From Acholeplasmataceae bacterium (lineage in GTDB: Bacteria > Bacillota_I > Bacilli_A > Acholeplasmatales > Acholeplasmataceae): DNA of 64,000 bases. The notes under the pieces were generated by a model. It did not search any database and was not told the origin of the DNA. It saw only the letters and a list, made by a program, of their open reading frames with translations. Location of the stretch: assembly GCA_963678355.1 (NCBI GenBank), contig OY782823.1, forward strand, positions 1,056,800-1,120,799. Direction: 5' to 3'. The number at the start of each line of letters is the position of its first letter. Position 1 is the first letter of the stretch. This document shows positions 21,397 to 30,706 of this stretch, one piece after another. A program made the translations under genes and the position numbers.

Positions 21397-22680
21397 CTAT
21401 ATATCATTTCTAATTAAATCTTCTAAAGTTTCTCTTTTTACGACAACTCTTGACTCATTTTCATTAACAAATACAACTGCTGGTTTTAATAATCTGTTAT
21501 AGTTTGATGCCATTGAGTAATGGTATGCTCCAGTTGTAAAAACTGCAATGATATCATCTTTCTTTATTTCAGAAAGCAAAATATCATGAATGATCATATC
21601 ACCTGATTCACATGCTTTTCCAGCAATCGTGTAGACTTTAGGATTGTCTCCTTCAACACGATTGGCAATCACTGCTTCATATTTCGCTTGATAAAGTGCA
21701 GTGCGCATATGATCAGCCATTGAACCATCAATAAATGCATAATTTTTCTTACCAAAAGTTGTTTTAACGCTACCTACTGTGTAAAGTGTCATACCAGCAT
21801 CAGCAACAATTGAACGACCAGGTTCAATCATTAATTTTTCAATATTCAAACCCTGTTTTTTTATCTCATCATATGCTGTATCAACAACATCTTTTAACAT
21901 CTCTTCAATTGAAGGCACGTGATCATCTTTTGTATATTTAATACCAAAACCCCCGCCTAAGTTGATATATTTTATATCAACATCGATCATATCTTTAACT
22001 TTTTTTGCAAAATCAATCATTTCTATTGCATGATCTCTAAAACTCTTGATCTCAAAAATTTGTGATCCAATGTGTGCATGAATACCCATGAAATGAAATG
22101 CTGATGCATTTATCTCTTTAATGAGTGCAATTGTTTGATCATCAAACGCTGAAACCCCAAATTTAGAGTTATGATGTGTTGTTTTTATATATTCATGCGT
22201 ATGTGCCTCAACACCTGTGTTTACACGCAATAATAAATTGGGTTTATATTCAGTATTTAACTCGCTTAATAAAGCAAATTCATCGGCATGATCAACAACG
22301 ATTGTACCTACTTTATGCTCTAATGCAAAAACTAATTCTTCTCTTGTTTTATTATTGCCATGAAAATAGATTCTACTAGGATCAAAACCTGCAGCAATCG
22401 CAGTATAAAATTCTCCAATAGAAACTACATCTAAAGATAAGTCTTGTCGTTGTACTAGGCGCACCATTTCTTTAGCTAGAAAAGCTTTCCCAGCAAAGAT
22501 AACTTCAGTTTTAATGCCATCGTGTTTAAAGTACTTTTTCATCGTTTGCATATTATGAATCATTTTTGCCTCATCCATAACATACAATGGCGTTTGATAC
22601 TTATCAACAAGTGCTTTTGCAGTATGCGTTCCAATTAATAATTGATTGTTATTTACTTCAAATTCATGTACTTTTTTCAT
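21397..22680 (-). CDS. lysA: Diaminopimelate decarboxylase LysA
   Basis: Fold-III PLP decarboxylase motifs (FAGKAF, GGG.G, ESGD). Start placed at MKKVHEF, which has an AAGGA RBS. The longer ORF start at 22716 would overlap the riboswitch terminator. Confidence 0.85.
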   Translation of the reverse strand: MKKVHEFEVNNNQLLIGTHTAKALVDKYQTPLYVMDEAKMIHNMQTMKKYFKHDGIKTEVIFAGKAFLAKEMVRLVQRQDLSLDVVSIGEFYTAIAAGFDPSRIYFHGNNKTREELVFALEHKVGTIVVDHADEFALLSELNTEYKPNLLLRVNTGVEAHTHEYIKTTHHNSKFGVSAFDDQTIALIKEINASAFHFMGIHAHIGSQIFEIKSFRDHAIEMIDFAKKVKDMIDVDIKYINLGGGFGIKYTKDDHVPSIEEMLKDVVDTAYDEIKKQGLNIEKLMIEPGRSIVADAGMTLYTVGSVKTTFGKKNYAFIDGSMADHMRTALYQAKYEAVIANRVEGDNPKVYTIAGKACESGDMIIHDILLSEIKKDDIIAVFTTGAYHYSMASNYNRLLKPAVVFVNENESRVVVKRETLEDLIRNDI

Positions 22681-22695
22681 ATAATCATCCTTTAC

Positions 22696-22895
22696 AAAAA
22701 ATAAAAACCATGGCAAAAGACATGGTTTTAATAACGAACGCTTCTGCCCCTCCGTAAATCAGCGCAATCTTCAATCATTGGGCAATGATTGAGAACAGTC
22801 ATATGTCTATTAAACATATGCCCAGTATCAAATAGATACTTCGGCACACATTCCTTTCCTTGGAAGTACTCTTAATGTATGCAGCCTCTTAATTT
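22696..22895 (-). ncRNA. Lysine riboswitch (L-box) with intrinsic terminator in the leader of the lysA-dapL operon
   Basis: Minus-strand leader reads AAGAGGCTGCATACATTAAGAGTA...GGAAAGG...GTGTGCCGAAG...GACTGTTC...TTGAAG..GCGCTGATT. Compare the B. subtilis lysC L-box elements AGAGGTGC, AAGAGTA, GTCGCCGAAG, CTGTCA, TTGGAGGGCTATC. It ends in hairpin AAACCATGTCTTTTGCCATGGTTT plus TTTTATTTTTT, directly before the lysA RBS. Confidence 0.65.
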
Positions 22896-22950
22896 ACAGT
22901 GATTTAATTTTCAAGTTATTTTAACATAAGTATAGTTAATTGTCTACCTT

Positions 22951-23580
22951 TTAGTTTTCTAGTAGTATTTTTTCCAAAATATCAACATGATCTGCGATGA
23001 ATTCAGGTTTTTCATTAATGAGCATATCTTTATCATCAAATCCCCAAGAAACACTCACAATTCTCATATTCATTCTATGACAAGATACAATATCTCTTGT
23101 CTCATCACCTATATATAAAACATCATCCGTTGTTAAATCATAGGTTCTTAATAGTTTTTTAAGAATTTTTTCTTTTTTTAAGTATTTAGCTCTACCATAT
23201 ATTTTATCAAACACATTGACATCATATTGATCTGTAAATACCCTGATATTGTTTTCGCTGTTTGATGAAACAATAAACAGTTGATAGCCCTTTGATTTTA
23301 AGCTTTTAAGAAGTTCAATCATACCATCAAATGGTTCAATCTCATGCATGACGTGTGAAATTGCAGAACGTGTACGTCTAGCAATTTTTGGTAATTTAAA
23401 TAAAGAAACATCATGTGCTCTAAATTTATCCATAAGTGATAAAGTTTTTAAATGATCAAACTCTTCTTCTGTTAGTTGTTTGATATTATGTTGTTCAGTG
23501 ACTTTAGTATAAACATGATAAGCAAACGCTCTTGTGTTTGCAATTGTGCCATCAAAGTCAAATATTAATGTTTTGACCAT
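22951..23580 (-). CDS. HAD-superfamily hydrolase (subfamily IA, PpaX/phosphoglycolate-phosphatase-like)
   Basis: N-terminal FDFDGT motif I, S/T motif II and GDxxxD motif IV. 209 aa. Confidence 0.7.
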   Translation of the reverse strand: MVKTLIFDFDGTIANTRAFAYHVYTKVTEQHNIKQLTEEEFDHLKTLSLMDKFRAHDVSLFKLPKIARRTRSAISHVMHEIEPFDGMIELLKSLKSKGYQLFIVSSNSENNIRVFTDQYDVNVFDKIYGRAKYLKKEKILKKLLRTYDLTTDDVLYIGDETRDIVSCHRMNMRIVSVSWGFDDKDMLINEKPEFIADHVDILEKILLEN

Positions 23581-23817
23581 AAGTATTCCCTCTTTCGCAT
23601 TAATATTGTATCATATTTGCATGTGATGTTTATCATTTTTCCATTATTTACCTATTATTTTCCATTTTTAGATCATTCATTTGTTTAATACATATGCTGA
23701 TTGATAATATCTAAAATTATAGATATTTATTACCATTAAGTTTACGACCATCTCTAAAGTAACTCATTTAAAGATGTCTTATAAAAATGTTATAATAAAA
23801 CAAAAAGGGGAAATTAT

Positions 23818-24063
23818 ATGAATTTACTTATATGGATTATTTTTGGAGCTTTAGTTGGTATGTTTGCAGGATGGATTACCAAAGATAAACGTAGTTTACT
23901 TGGAAATATTCTCGTTGGTGTTATCGGTTCATTTTTTGCCGGTTGGGCAGGATCCGGATTTCAATCTTTTCAAACAACTACAATTACTTGGAGTGGATTT
24001 TTCACATCAATTATAGGTGCAATCGTATTTGTTGCTCTACTTAAATTATTCACTAGAAAATAA
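23818..24063 (+). CDS. GlsB/YeaQ/YmgE-family stress-response membrane protein (transglycosylase-associated)
   Basis: 81 aa. Glycine-zipper TM helices (GALVGMFAGW, GVIGSFFAGW). Confidence 0.7.
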   Translation: MNLLIWIIFGALVGMFAGWITKDKRSLLGNILVGVIGSFFAGWAGSGFQSFQTTTITWSGFFTSIIGAIVFVALLKLFTRK

Positions 24064-24202
24064 AATGTTTTGTTTTACAATTTGATACATTATAATTATT
24101 AAGTCACTTCGTTTAAGAAAGTGACTTTTTTATTTATAAAAAAAATTACCATTTAGGTAATTTCATTTATGTTGGTAAATTCATACCAAAATCAAATTTA
24201 AT

Positions 24203-24276
24203 TGGAGGCCTCAAACGGATTTGAACCGATGATCAGGCAGTTGCAGTGCCTTGCCTTACCACTTGGCTATGAGGCC
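24203..24276 (-). tRNA. tRNA-Cys (anticodon GCA)
   Basis: Reverse complement GGCCTCA-TA-GCC-AAGTGGTAA-GGC-A-AGGCA-CTGCAAC-TGCCT-GATC-ATCGG-TTCAAAT-CCGTT-TGAGGCC-TCCA. Cloverleaf with 7-bp acceptor stem and GCA anticodon in a 7-nt loop. One T-T mismatch in the T-stem. Encoded CCA. Confidence 0.8.
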
Positions 24277-24321
24277 TTATTGCGCTATATCATTATACAT
24301 GTATATTGCATCAATTGTCAA

Positions 24322-24792
24322 TTAGTTTTTAGTATCGTTTTTTATCTTTTCAATCCATTTATCCATACTCTTTGAAATGAAGTCATATGTTTCATTAAAA
24401 TTATTCGAATAATATGGATCAGGAATAGATTTCCCTTTGTGTTTTTCATCAATATCTAAGTATAGAAACACTTTATCTGCATATCGTGGATTCATTCTTT
24501 TAAGATCGTTAACATTATTTTGATCCATACCGATGATGTAATCAAAGGTCTCAAAATCAACAAGTGAAATTCTTTCTGCAAACATGCCTTCAGTACTTAT
24601 AGATAAATTAGATAAAATTTTTCTTGTGCCTGGATGCACAGGATTACCAACTTCCCAGCTTGACGTCGCTCTAGATTCTACATATATATCATTATCTAAA
24701 TTCAACTTTTTAATATGATCTTTGAATAAGGCTTCTGCCATCGGTGAACGACATATGTTGCCTAAACATACAAATAATACTTTTTTCATCAT
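24322..24792 (-). CDS. Low-molecular-weight protein-tyrosine phosphatase
   Basis: CLGNICRSP P-loop with general acid DP. Start set at MMKKVLF after an AGGAG RBS. Confidence 0.8.
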   Translation of the reverse strand: MMKKVLFVCLGNICRSPMAEALFKDHIKKLNLDNDIYVESRATSSWEVGNPVHPGTRKILSNLSISTEGMFAERISLVDFETFDYIIGMDQNNVNDLKRMNPRYADKVFLYLDIDEKHKGKSIPDPYYSNNFNETYDFISKSMDKWIEKIKNDTKN

Positions 24793-24927
24793 GATCACTC
24801 CTTGTGATATTATAACATAATTCATCACTTTTATATATTTTTAGCACTTAAATATTGACAGTGCCAAAACATTGATTTATAATAATATTGGCAATTGATA
24901 TAGGAGACTGCCAAAGGAGGAATGTTT

Positions 24928-27057
24928 ATGAATTTTACACAAATGGAAGATTACAATAATGACCCTAATATTTTAGAAAAATTTGGTCGTAATATTGTTG
25001 AAGAAGTTCGTAAAGGTAAAATAGATCCTGTCATCGGTCGTGAAGACGAGATTCGTAGAGTCATCAAAATCTTATCAAGAAAAACTAAAAATAATCCAGT
25101 ACTTATTGGTGAACCAGGCGTTGGTAAAACTGCTATCGTCGAGGGTTTAGCAAGACGTATCGTAGATAAAGATGTTCCACTAGGATTACAAAACAAAATC
25201 ATTTACGAACTTGATTTAGCATCACTTGTCGCAGGTGCTAAGTTCAGAGGTGAATTTGAAGAGCGCCTAAAAGCTGTATTAAATAAAATAAAAGCATCAG
25301 ACGGTGAAATTATCATGTTTATTGATGAAATTCACGCGATTGTCGGTGCCGGTAGAGTTGATGGGGCTATGGATGCATCTAACATGTTAAAGCCAATGCT
25401 AGCACGTGGTGAATTACATTGTGTTGGTGCGACTACACTTAATGAATACCGTAAATATATAGAAAAAGATAGTGCACTTGAACGTAGATTCCAAAAGGTT
25501 TTAATTAATGAACCTACACTTGAAGATACCATCAGTATACTAAGAGGATTAAAATCTAGGTTTGAAGCACATCACGGTGTTCATATTTCAGATCCTTCAA
25601 TTATCGCAGCAGCAACACTATCTAATAGATACATCTCAGATCGCTTCTTGCCTGATAAAGCAATTGACCTTATCGATGAAGCTTGTGCTTCTATTCGTAT
25701 GGAAATAGATTCAATGCCTGTCGAACTTGATGATGTAACAAGAAAAATCATGCAATTAGAAATTGAAAAGACGGCATTAGACAAGGAAACCGACCCGATT
25801 TCTAAAGATCGTCTATCAAAGATTAAAGATGAAATCAAGGTCTTAAAAGTTAAAGATAAAGATTTGAGAAAACGTTGGGAAGAAGAAAAATCTCAAATCA
25901 ATAAAATTAAACAAAAGAAAAATGAACTTGAAACATTAAGAAACGACTTGCAAAATGCACTTAATGATAATAACTATTCAAAAGCTGCGGAACTTCAATA
26001 TTCAAAAATTCCAGCGCTAGAGACTGAAATTAATCAAATGTCTGAAACTAACAGCGGTGATGACAAATTATTAACTGAAGTCGTTACCGAAGAAAGCATT
26101 GCAGAAATCGTATCTAAGTGGACACAAATACCAGTATCAAAACTCATGTCTGGAGATAAAGAAAAACTCCTTCATTTAGAAGAGAGTCTACGTCAACGTG
26201 TCATCGGGCAAGACCATGCACTAAAACTTATCAGTGATGCAATCATTAGACAACGTGCAGGTATTAAAGATGAAAATAGACCAATTGGATCATTTCTATT
26301 TCTAGGACCAACTGGTGTTGGTAAAACTGAAGTCGCTAGAGCTTTAGCTGAAAATCTATTTGATAGTGAACATCAAATCATAAGAATTGATATGAGTGAA
26401 TACATGGAGTCTCATAGTGTCTCAAGACTTATAGGTTCACCTCCTGGATATGTTGGATATGATGAAGGTGGACAATTAACAGAAGCCGTGAGACGCAAAC
26501 CTTATTCTATTGTCTTATTTGATGAAATAGAAAAGGCACATCCTGAAATATTTAACATCTTACTTCAAATATTAGATGATGGTAGACTAACTGACAATCA
26601 AGGACGTACCGTTGATTTCAAAAATACAATTATTATCATGACATCTAATTTAGGTAGTCAATTACTGCTTTCAAATGAAACTGATGCAAAAACGAAAGTA
26701 TCTGATTTAATCAAACGTACATTTAAGCCTGAATTCTTAAATAGAATTGATGAACAAATCATATTTAACCCACTAGGATTAACTGTTCAAGTCAAAATTG
26801 CAGAAAAACTTCTTAGAGAGTTATCATTAAGATTACAAGAAAAAAATATTGATTTACAATTTGATGAATCCGTTGAAAAATATGTAATTAAGCATGCGTT
26901 TAACGATGAATACGGTGCAAGACCACTTAAACGATTTATTCAAAGAATGATTGAAACATTTATCGCAAATAAAATGATTGACGGTAATCTTTTACCACAC
27001 CATAGTTATCAAGTAACGATAATTGATGATGATATCAAACTAAATGAAAAAAAGTAG
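24928..27057 (+). CDS. clpB: ATP-dependent chaperone ClpB, short form lacking the N-terminal domain
   Basis: Two AAA+ modules (Walker [10 protein letters not shown] and GPTGVGKTE) separated by a coiled-coil M-domain, no N-domain. About 709 aa, like Mollicutes ClpB. Start at the second ATG (RBS spacing). Confidence 0.85.
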   Translation: MNFTQMEDYNNDPNILEKFGRNIVEEVRKGKIDPVIGREDEIRRVIKILSRKTKNNPVLIGEPGVGKTAIVEGLARRIVDKDVPLGLQNKIIYELDLASLVAGAKFRGEFEERLKAVLNKIKASDGEIIMFIDEIHAIVGAGRVDGAMDASNMLKPMLARGELHCVGATTLNEYRKYIEKDSALERRFQKVLINEPTLEDTISILRGLKSRFEAHHGVHISDPSIIAAATLSNRYISDRFLPDKAIDLIDEACASIRMEIDSMPVELDDVTRKIMQLEIEKTALDKETDPISKDRLSKIKDEIKVLKVKDKDLRKRWEEEKSQINKIKQKKNELETLRNDLQNALNDNNYSKAAELQYSKIPALETEINQMSETNSGDDKLLTEVVTEESIAEIVSKWTQIPVSKLMSGDKEKLLHLEESLRQRVIGQDHALKLISDAIIRQRAGIKDENRPIGSFLFLGPTGVGKTEVARALAENLFDSEHQIIRIDMSEYMESHSVSRLIGSPPGYVGYDEGGQLTEAVRRKPYSIVLFDEIEKAHPEIFNILLQILDDGRLTDNQGRTVDFKNTIIIMTSNLGSQLLLSNETDAKTKVSDLIKRTFKPEFLNRIDEQIIFNPLGLTVQVKIAEKLLRELSLRLQEKNIDLQFDESVEKYVIKHAFNDEYGARPLKRFIQRMIETFIANKMIDGNLLPHHSYQVTIIDDDIKLNEKK

Positions 27058-27140
27058 AACGAAACTTAGACTGAACCCCTTTTAGTAGACACTAATAAAA
27101 AAAAGGGGTTAATAACAAAATAAGAAACACTTCTATATAA

Positions 27141-27446
27141 TTGATATATGGAGGTGTTTTTATTATGGCAAAAAAAGGACAAAGATTTAAGAAGTATGAT
27201 TTAGATTTTAAGTTAAAGGTAGTCAAGGAGAAACAAGCAGGGGCTAGTTATCAATTCTTAGAAAAAAAGTATAAAATACCATGGGCAACCATCGCAACTT
27301 GGATGAGAATGATCAAAGATGATGGTGGACTCGAAGTTAAACCAAGAGGACAAGGCAACAAGAAAGATATCGACTATAAGGAGCGTTATGAAATACTAAA
27401 AAAATTCCAGGACTTCTTGGATACCAAAGAACCAAAGAAAAAATAA
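27141..27446 (+). CDS. IS3-family transposase OrfA (HTH)
   Basis: 101 aa, helix-turn-helix plus leucine-zipper-like. Immediately upstream of the DDE orfB. Confidence 0.85.
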   Translation: MIYGGVFIMAKKGQRFKKYDLDFKLKVVKEKQAGASYQFLEKKYKIPWATIATWMRMIKDDGGLEVKPRGQGNKKDIDYKERYEILKKFQDFLDTKEPKKK

Positions 27447-28222
27447 ACTTCATCCATAAATACCGAGGAGTCCACAAGATAACACTGATGTGTGAAGTAT
27501 TAAGGATAAGCCCTAAGACATATTATAAATATAGATATGTCAAAGACAGAGATTATGAGACATATAAATTGATTAGACGCATATTTAAGCAAAGTTTAAA
27601 TACATATGGTTATCGTAGAATCACTGATGAACTACAAGATAGAGGTTATGATATCAATCATAAGAAGGTAGCAAGAATCATGCATAAGTATGGATTAAAG
27701 CCAACTTATGTGAAAAAACCACGATCAAATAATCAATATGTCAAAGAAAATATTAAACCAGACTTATTACAAAGAGATTTTAATCAAAAAGGATGGGTCA
27801 CTGATATAACATATTTAATTTATCGCAATAAAAGAGCTTATTTATCAACCATACTTAATCTAGAGACAAGAAAGATAGTCGCTTATCAAATCAGCATGAA
27901 AAATGATAATCAGGTAGTGATTGATACGCTTAATAAAGCCATCAAGAAAACAAAAGATCTAAATGGATTAATCATCCATTCAGATCAAGGTAGTCAGTAT
28001 GTATCCTATGCATATAAAGAAGTCTGTGCATCAAATGGTATCCTTATTTCTATGTCCAGAAAAGGCACACCACTTGATAACGCAGTCATTGAGAGTTTCC
28101 ATTCACTTCTAAAGAAAGAGACTCTGTACAATAATGATATCAAATCTTTAAAAGAATATATAGCATTCGTGCATAAATGGCTTAAGTTTTATAACACGAA
28201 GCGAAGAAAAAATAAAAAGTAG
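27392..28222 (+). CDS. IS3-family transposase OrfB (DDE integrase core), expressed by -1 frameshift
   Basis: Frame open from 27392. A_AAA_AAA slippery heptamer at 27397-27403. HSDQGSQY and DDE catalytic core motifs. Confidence 0.8.
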   Translation, partial: NTKKIPGLLGYQRTKEKINFIHKYRGVHKITLMCEVLRISPKTYYKYRYVKDRDYETYKLIRRIFKQSLNTYGYRRITDELQDRGYDINHKKVARIMHKYGLKPTYVKKPRSNNQYVKENIKPDLLQRDFNQKGWVTDITYLIYRNKRAYLSTILNLETRKIVAYQISMKNDNQVVIDTLNKAIKKTKDLNGLIIHSDQGSQYVSYAYKEVCASNGILISMSRKGTPLDNAVIESFHSLLKKETLYNNDIKSLKEYIAFVHKWLKFYNTKRRKNKK

Positions 28223-28284
28223 ACCTTTTTTTTATCAGTGTCTACTTTTTGGGGTTCACTTCAACTTAGTTCTACTTTTTATTT

Positions 28285-29289
28285 TTATAATACACCTAAA
28301 CTTCTTAAACTTACAATAATCACAAATATAGTCACGACCGAACCAAGCGAAGTCCATACCACAAGTTGTCCTGCTAATTGATCATCGTTATCCATTTCCG
28401 ATGCCATAATAACAGAAGATACAGCTACTGGTGTTGCAAATAAAGCGATGAGCGCAGGAAATACACCATCAAAAGCACTATATCTAAGTGATAATATATA
28501 AGCACCTGTTAGACCTATTAGTGGCGCAATAACAATTCTAAAAACTGTACCAAACGCAATTTGATTCTTTAATTTATTAACCATCGAAACTTCAAATTGT
28601 CCACCCAGTGCAAGAAGTGCTAATGGCGATGCAGTTTGAGCAATCCATTGAATCACTTGATATAAAAATGGAAGTTGGTGCTTAATCGTAAATACTGGTA
28701 CTAAATCTCCATCAACTGGTAATAATGATCTAACATATACAAAAATAATACCTAGGATCACACCAATAATTAATGGATTTTTAATGACATTTAATAAGAT
28801 TGCTTTTGGATCAATTTTCCCAAGTTCATTTCTTTGAAACATCGATAGGCTTACCACTGCTAAAACATTGGTTAGTGGAATAACAAAAGCAAATAAAATT
28901 GAAATCACTGCAAGTGCATTAGCACTTCCCATTGCTTGAGCAAGCGGAAAACCAATAAGTGCAAAATTAGATCTAAATGCACCTTGTAAAATAACCCCTT
29001 TTTGTTTAGGGTCTTTGACAAATATCACAACAGCAATAAAACCTAAAATAAATATGAAGAATACACATGCTACAGCATAACCTATGACCATCCAGTTGAT
29101 ATTCTCTAAGTTTTCAATATTGTATATATTATAAAAGAGCAATACCGGTAAAGCAATTCTAAATATAAACTTATTTAGTTGTAAAAAAAACAATTTATCT
29201 AAAAATTTTATATGTTTTAATATGTAGCCCAAAATAAATAGTAATATAATTGGTAAAATTGCGTTTAACGCAAATAATAGAACATCCAT
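28285..29289 (-). CDS. AEC-family transporter (auxin-efflux-carrier / malate-permease-like)
   Basis: 334 aa, about 10 TM, two-repeat topology typical of the AEC family. Bracketed by two IS elements. Confidence 0.75.
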   Translation of the reverse strand: MDVLLFALNAILPIILLFILGYILKHIKFLDKLFFLQLNKFIFRIALPVLLFYNIYNIENLENINWMVIGYAVACVFFIFILGFIAVVIFVKDPKQKGVILQGAFRSNFALIGFPLAQAMGSANALAVISILFAFVIPLTNVLAVVSLSMFQRNELGKIDPKAILLNVIKNPLIIGVILGIIFVYVRSLLPVDGDLVPVFTIKHQLPFLYQVIQWIAQTASPLALLALGGQFEVSMVNKLKNQIAFGTVFRIVIAPLIGLTGAYILSLRYSAFDGVFPALIALFATPVAVSSVIMASEMDNDDQLAGQLVVWTSLGSVVTIFVIIVSLRSLGVL

Positions 29290-29465
29290 AATAATCCTTC
29301 TTCATCAATAATCTTCTACAATTGTAACACAAATGGAGTACAAAAAAAAGAAGCACGCGCGGAATCCGTTACATTAAAACGGACACGATAAAAAAAGAGA
29401 CATATTAGAAATAAATCTAGTATGTCTTTTTTGATATACTAATAACAATATAAAGGAGCATACAA

Positions 29466-29798
29466 ATGAGAAAGAATGAGAAACATAAAAGCTATAGTAT
29501 CGAAGAGAAAAATAAAATCGTTTTATTATATCTAGATCAACATATGAAAATGATGGATATAGTGAGAAGATATAATATTGGAAGCAGATCACAAGTCTAT
29601 AAATGGGTCAAACAATATCAAACATATGGCACTGTTATAGATAACAGAGGGAAAGCAACCAAACAAGATAACCCAAGAAAAGGAAGACCAAGAAAATATG
29701 AAGAAGATTTAACATCATTAAGTAAAGAAGCGTTGATAGAAAAAGTGAGGCTGTATGAAGATATAAAAAAATGCCTAGCCTACCTAAAGAAAAGTTAA
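29466..29798 (+). CDS. IS3-family transposase OrfA
   Basis: 110 aa HTH protein. Unrelated in sequence to the first IS orfA. Confidence 0.8.
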   Translation: MRKNEKHKSYSIEEKNKIVLLYLDQHMKMMDIVRRYNIGSRSQVYKWVKQYQTYGTVIDNRGKATKQDNPRKGRPRKYEEDLTSLSKEALIEKVRLYEDIKKCLAYLKKS

Positions 29799-30673
29799 CC
29801 AAAGCATATTATCAAGTGATTGATATGTTAAGGAAGAAATATCCAGTTAAGCTCTTATGTAAGACATTAGGGTGCTCTAAAAGTGGATATTATGATTGGA
29901 TAAAATTAGGTAGGCCAAAACATAAGGCATTTAATGAAGCAATTAATCAAATGGTTAAAGAAATGTATGAAGCAGATGATCGTCGAGGGATTCGAACTGT
30001 AAGAATGCAAATAAAAGCGGCATACGGACTCATTTTAACCAATAGAACCGTACACCGCTATATGAGAATCAATGACTTTATAGCCACTGTTCGCGTAAAG
30101 CATAGGTCATATCCAAAGGCTAGCAACCATAATATATCCAATGTTTTACAAAGAGATTTTACCACAAATAAACCCAACGAGAAATGGTCGATTGATATAT
30201 CTTATATCTTTTTAAGAGATGGACTTAGTTATCTATGTGCGATCAAAGATTTATACGATAAATCCATCATCGCATGGCAACTATCAGAAAGCATAGATTT
30301 AAGGTTAGTTCTAGATACATTAGATAAGGCATTCACAAATATACCTTACAATCAAAGAACATCATTGATTATGCATTCGGATCAAGGATGGCATTTTACC
30401 CATCAATTTTATCGATAGAAATTATTATCTGAAGGCGTGATCCAATCTATATCAGCTAAAGGTAGTAGTGTTGATAACGCTCCAATTGAATCATTTTTCG
30501 CAATTTTAAAGACAGAATGCATTTATAGAGAAAAACATCTATATAAATCAAATGTCTATACTGTGATTGAAAATTATATGTGTTATTATAACAACGAGCG
30601 TTTACAAGAAAAAATAAAAGAGCTCGCTCCTATAGAGTATAGGACTCAAGCTCTTCAGTCTCTTTTTTATTAG
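29771..30673 (+). pseudogene. IS3-family transposase OrfB interrupted by an in-frame TAG stop at 30419-30421
   Basis: ORFs 29771-30418 and 30437-30673 are in the same frame, separated by a single amber codon. DDE motif HSDQGW before the stop, SAKGSSVDNAPIESFF after it. Confidence 0.7.
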
Positions 30674-30706
30674 TGTCCGTTTTTAAGGAACTAATTCGCG
30701 TGCTTC

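Larger units (their letters stand above)
27072..28258 (+). mobile_element. IS3-family insertion sequence (IS150-like), apparently intact, 1187 bp
   Basis: Imperfect terminal inverted repeats TGAACCCC(TTTT)AGTAGACACT and AGTGTCTACT(TTTT)GGGGTTCA, i.e. TG...CA ends. orfA and orfB in the -1 frame arrangement with an A7 slippery site. Confidence 0.8.

Noticed and set aside
27488-28222. IS3 orfB as an independently initiated ORF from ATG 27488
   Set aside because: The frame is open from 27392 and an A7 slippery site sits at 27397-27403, so -1 frameshift fusion with orfA is the better model.
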